DNA of 64,000 nucleotides from a bacterium (GTDB lineage Bacteria; Patescibacteriota; Minisyncoccia; Phycocordibacterales; Phycocordibacteraceae): NCBI GenBank assembly GCA_037200965.1, contig JBBCGK010000001.1, positions 352,001 to 416,000 of the forward strand, read 5' to 3'. Shown piece by piece: positions 60,843 to 64,000 of this stretch (position 1 is its first letter; each line of letters starts with the position of its first letter). The notes under the pieces were generated by a model. It saw only the letters and a program-made list of their open reading frames with translations, ran no database searches and was not told where the DNA came from. The position numbers and the translations under genes were made by a program.

Positions 60843-61630
60843 GCTGGCTCCGCGGCTTCGATGATAAGCATGACGTGCGGGAGGAAGGCTTGATATGGAA
60901 TACCGAATGTCCGCAGTATTCCTTTCATAAGCCGTTTGAAAACGTTCGTGCTCTTCCCTTCCTCCGGACGTATACGCCAGGACCGGGCTTCCGTCTCGGA
61001 AGCCCGGAGCATTCGCCGTACGGCGAAATAGGTGTAGAAATGGAGGCCGTTGTCCTCAAGCGGATTATGCCCCACCAGGCGCACATAGAGTCGGGCAAGC
61101 GGTAGAGGAAGATAGGAGAGACCCCAGAGGCCGGTGTGCGTTTCTTTCGGGTTCAAGCGGTTCGGGAAAGCGAGGTAGAAGACTCCCCCGGGCTTTAGAA
61201 CCCGCCGGATCTCGGAAAGGTAGCGGACGGGATCGTCGACATGCTCGATGACGCTCACGGACAGCACCGCGTCAAACGACGCGTCCGGAAACGGAAGCGT
61301 TCTGCCCTCATAGAATTGGAAATGCGCGGAGGAGCCGGAGGTTTCCGCCTCCGCGCGGGCAATTGCCACGAGCTCGTTTTCTATATCGACGCCTTCGACC
61401 GAAGCTCCGCGCTTCGCAAACGCTATGCCGATGCCGCCGTTTCCCGCCCCGGCGTCGAGCACTCGGAGACCTTCCAAAAGACCGACGCGCCGCTCGAAGT
61501 CGTCCGCGATGCCTTCCGATTGCTTCTCCTTCGTACGCCAGTCCTCGATGATCTTCTCCCGCTCCCCTTTCGAGGCCCGCGGGAAGCGCTTTTCTACATA
61601 CTTTCGCGCAATACGGTCGGTATAGGCCAT
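60839..61630 (-). CDS. class I SAM-dependent methyltransferase
   Basis: VLDAGAGNGGIG motif I. Methyltransf_11-like. Confidence 0.7.
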   Translation of the reverse strand: MAYTDRIARKYVEKRFPRASKGEREKIIEDWRTKEKQSEGIADDFERRVGLLEGLRVLDAGAGNGGIGIAFAKRGASVEGVDIENELVAIARAEAETSGSSAHFQFYEGRTLPFPDASFDAVLSVSVIEHVDDPVRYLSEIRRVLKPGGVFYLAFPNRLNPKETHTGLWGLSYLPLPLARLYVRLVGHNPLEDNGLHFYTYFAVRRMLRASETEARSWRIRPEEGKSTNVFKRLMKGILRTFGIPYQAFLPHVMLIIEAAEPA

Positions 61631-61696
61631 TGGCTTTCAGTATGAACTATCCCCTGCCCTCTGGCGACCTTGTTTTGGCCTTATTTGCTTTTTGTA

Positions 61697-62815
61697 CTAC
61701 CGATCCGAAAACAGCTTTTCGTATGCCGTAACGGCCCGCTCGATGGAATAGGCCTCGGCAGAACGGATAGCGGCAGCCTTCATCGCGGAACGGTCGCATA
61801 CGATCATATCCGAAAGACCCCCCGCGGCGGCCTCCGGCGCGTAGCCCTTGATGAACAAGCCGTTCACTCCCTCCTCGATCATCTCGTCGGGACCCGCAGT
61901 CTTGGTCGTAAGGACGGGGAGGCCGCAGGCGAGGGCTTCGGCGTGCGCGATGCCGAAGCCCTCGATAAGCGAAGTGGAGACGAAGAAATCCGCGACGGCG
62001 AAGAAGCGCGGCACGTCCTTGCGATAGCCCGTAAACCGCACGATGTCGTGAAGGCCGATACTCTCCGCGTATGCGCGTATCTTCTTCTCGTGGCTTCCGC
62101 CGCCGACGATGAGCAGGCGGTATTCGGGATTCGAACGGACGAAAAGCTTGAAACCGTCAAGGAGGAGTTTGTGATTCTTCTGCGGGATGACGCGCGAGAC
62201 GTTCAGTATGATCCTGTCTTCCGGAGCGAACCCTGTTTCTCTTCTGGTCTCTCCCGTATCATATCGGTTCATTTCGGCCCGCAGCTTTTCGATATCGATA
62301 CCATTATGAATGACGGCAAACTTCTCCCGAGATATGCCTTCCTGCCATGACGTAAAATCGGCTACGGTTTCCGAGACGGCGACGATACGCTTCGTGAGAT
62401 GCGAGAGCAGGCGGTCGAGGAAGCGTTCTTTCGCCGTCTTTCCGACGTATGTGTTGTGCTCGACGACGAACACGCGGTATCCGAAGAACGGCTTCAGGAG
62501 CCGCATGATCGTATTGCTAAAAAAGAGGTTCGCGAGAACCACATCCGGATTTATAGCGCGCAGCAGCCGATACAGTTCCCGCCACGCCCTCCAGTCGCGG
62601 ATGCCCGTAAAATGAAGTTTGTGGAGTTCGGTTCCTTCGGGAAGCGCGTCATAGAGATATTCGCGCTCGTCCTCGCCGAAGGTGAACAGCGTGAGGAGAA
62701 CGGGTTCGAAGCGGCTTCGATCGATGCGCGCGAGAAGATCGGCGATGAGCTTCTGCGCTCCGCCGATCAGGAAGTCGTTTATGACGATGAGCGCCTTGAT
62801 CCGCTTCTCCGGCAT
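61697..62815 (-). CDS. family 4 glycosyltransferase
   Basis: ATG at 62815 gives MPEKRIKALIVINDFLIGGAQK. C-terminal STSLIEGFGIAHAEALACGLPVL (GT4). Confidence 0.8.
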   Translation of the reverse strand: MPEKRIKALIVINDFLIGGAQKLIADLLARIDRSRFEPVLLTLFTFGEDEREYLYDALPEGTELHKLHFTGIRDWRAWRELYRLLRAINPDVVLANLFFSNTIMRLLKPFFGYRVFVVEHNTYVGKTAKERFLDRLLSHLTKRIVAVSETVADFTSWQEGISREKFAVIHNGIDIEKLRAEMNRYDTGETRRETGFAPEDRIILNVSRVIPQKNHKLLLDGFKLFVRSNPEYRLLIVGGGSHEKKIRAYAESIGLHDIVRFTGYRKDVPRFFAVADFFVSTSLIEGFGIAHAEALACGLPVLTTKTAGPDEMIEEGVNGLFIKGYAPEAAAGGLSDMIVCDRSAMKAAAIRSAEAYSIERAVTAYEKLFSDR

Positions 62816-62817
62816 GG

Positions 62818-63450
62818 CTAGGGCGCGCGCATCTTGAAAATGAACCCGAGCGGATAGCGTTCGCGTATCCCGGGGCGAAGCCGGAGGAATAGAGCATCCA
62901 GAAGCGCATACGGGAGGTACAGGGGCGGCCGGAGGAAACACGGCACCGAAAGCACGAGTGCGTTGAAATTCGACGTGAACGGGCCGCCGCCGATCGATCG
63001 TATCTCGAGCGAGGCGAATTCCGCCTCGCCAAACATCCGCGCGAGCGCTTCCTTGGTATAACGGAAATAATCGTGCGGGTCGGGATGGTACTGGATGAGA
63101 AACGGGACGAAGCCTATAAGCGTGCCGCCGGGCTTGAGGATCCGGCGCATCTCTTGTATGAGGAACCGATAGTTATAAACATGCTCGAGCACGTTCGCGC
63201 AGAGCACCGTATCGACGCTCGCGTCGGGAAACGGCAAGGCGTCCCGTTCGAAGTCGATGCCGGACATGGAACCGTCGACCGGGGTAACGCCCGTTACGCC
63301 GGATATATCAAAATATTCGAAGTAATCGGGCTTGTGCCCGCCGCCGACATCCACAACCGCGCCCGTAAGGGGCCGGCCTTCAAAACCCTGGTTCATGCGG
63401 ATGCGCAGCAAACTCTGTCCGGCATAAAGCTTTTTGAGCGTGAATATCAT
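62818..63450 (-). CDS. class I SAM-dependent methyltransferase
   Basis: VVDVGGGHK motif I and ANVLEHV. Methyltransf_11-like. Confidence 0.7.
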   Translation of the reverse strand: MIFTLKKLYAGQSLLRIRMNQGFEGRPLTGAVVDVGGGHKPDYFEYFDISGVTGVTPVDGSMSGIDFERDALPFPDASVDTVLCANVLEHVYNYRFLIQEMRRILKPGGTLIGFVPFLIQYHPDPHDYFRYTKEALARMFGEAEFASLEIRSIGGGPFTSNFNALVLSVPCFLRPPLYLPYALLDALFLRLRPGIRERYPLGFIFKMRAP

Positions 63451-64000
63451 GTTCGGTTCAGTTCTACCACGAGACGGTCCATAAGCGTTGCGAGGCCGTG
63501 CTCCCGCACGACGACGGCCCGCTCGAGGCTGCCGAGCGCGCGGTATTCCTCGCCCGAGAGCTTAAAAAGCTTCAGAATGGCTTCCGCGAGCGCCTTGGGA
63601 TCGTTCTCGGACACGATCCACTCGGCGGGCACGATGCCTTCGAACGCCGCGCTCGTAACCACGACCGGCGTCTCGCACGCCATGGATTCGAACGCTGTTT
63701 TGTCGAAGTACCCGTTCGCAGCGAGATTCAAGGCAACCCCGTGCGCGCTATAGAGGTTCGGCGTCTCCTCGTTCCGGCGCGGTCCGAGAAACGCGAGAGC
63801 GTTCGCTTCGACGAGGTCGGCAAAGTCGGCGCGAAGCTTCTCGCCATATGCGGGATCGAGTTCCGGACCAACGAACGTGAGAACGGCCGCCGTGCCGCTT
63901 GAACGGAGAATTCTGAGCGCTTCAAGCGCGATATGCGCGCGCTTGCTCGGCATGATGCGGCCCTGCATATAGAGCGCATAGCGGTTCTTCGAGACCGGAC
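63447..64000 (-). CDS. family 4 glycosyltransferase (3' portion; gene continues beyond window end)
   Basis: GT4 C-terminal domain: RNEETPNLYSAHGVALNLAANGYFDKTAFESMACETPVVVT. No stop upstream before the window edge. Confidence 0.65.
   Translation of the reverse strand, partial: PVSKNRYALYMQGRIMPSKRAHIALEALRILRSSGTAAVLTFVGPELDPAYGEKLRADFADLVEANALAFLGPRRNEETPNLYSAHGVALNLAANGYFDKTAFESMACETPVVVTSAAFEGIVPAEWIVSENDPKALAEAILKLFKLSGEEYRALGSLERAVVVREHGLATLMDRLVVELNRT

Overview
High-GC (about 65%) bacterial segment whose gene content looks like a Candidate Phyla Radiation / Parcubacteria-type organism, inferred from sequence features only. Supporting features are a class I fructose-bisphosphate aldolase, a transketolase split into N- and C-terminal genes, RpiB, several type IV pilin-like genes and giant surface proteins. 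Coding density is high and most genes are on the minus strand. From left to right the window holds the following. (1) A cell-surface cluster of an 881-aa secreted repeat protein with a 168-bp perfect internal duplication, a prepilin, and a coiled-coil lytic transglycosylase. (2) rplY (L25/Ctc). (3) A sugar-phosphate module of class I FBA, a PfkB kinase, split transketolase, an RPE-like gene, a frameshifted pilin, rpiB and gap. (4) A 14.5-kb gene for a 4837-aa protein. It has an N-terminal excisionase/MerR-type HTH, one TM helix, tail-fibre/YadA-like repeat modules, an embedded SGNH (sialate-O-acetylesterase-like) domain, a peptidase-S74 chaperone domain and a DUF5011-like Ig domain. A low-GC paralogous HTH-TM gene lies upstream, separated from it by a 330-bp AT-rich intergenic region. 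(5) Housekeeping genes gatB, obg, secA and murB, with a MntA/HepT toxin-antitoxin pair inserted between obg and secA. (6) A bidirectional glycosylation/glycan-export cluster: O-antigen-ligase+TPR protein, GT-C-like membrane protein, methyltransferases, GtrA, GT2, a Wzx-like flippase and GT4s. (7) An accessory island with a LamG-domain secreted protein, an HExxH secreted protein, and a 2.6k-aa SpvB/FG-GAP/RHS (TcB-TcC-fusion-like) polymorphic toxin. The toxin's 3' tip plus three small downstream ORFs lie in a sharply AT-rich (about 35-45% GC) segment, consistent with a swapped toxin/immunity cassette. (8) A divergent RHH/RelE toxin-antitoxin pair. (9) A second polysaccharide cluster (GT4, CapD-like dehydratase, GT2, deacetylase, methyltransferases, GT4s) interrupted by an IS481-family insertion sequence with 31-bp imperfect terminal inverted repeats. 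The most unusual observation is the pair of adjacent membrane proteins that share a cytoplasmic DNA-binding-type HTH, one of which carries a 4.7k-aa extracellular tail-fibre-like region.
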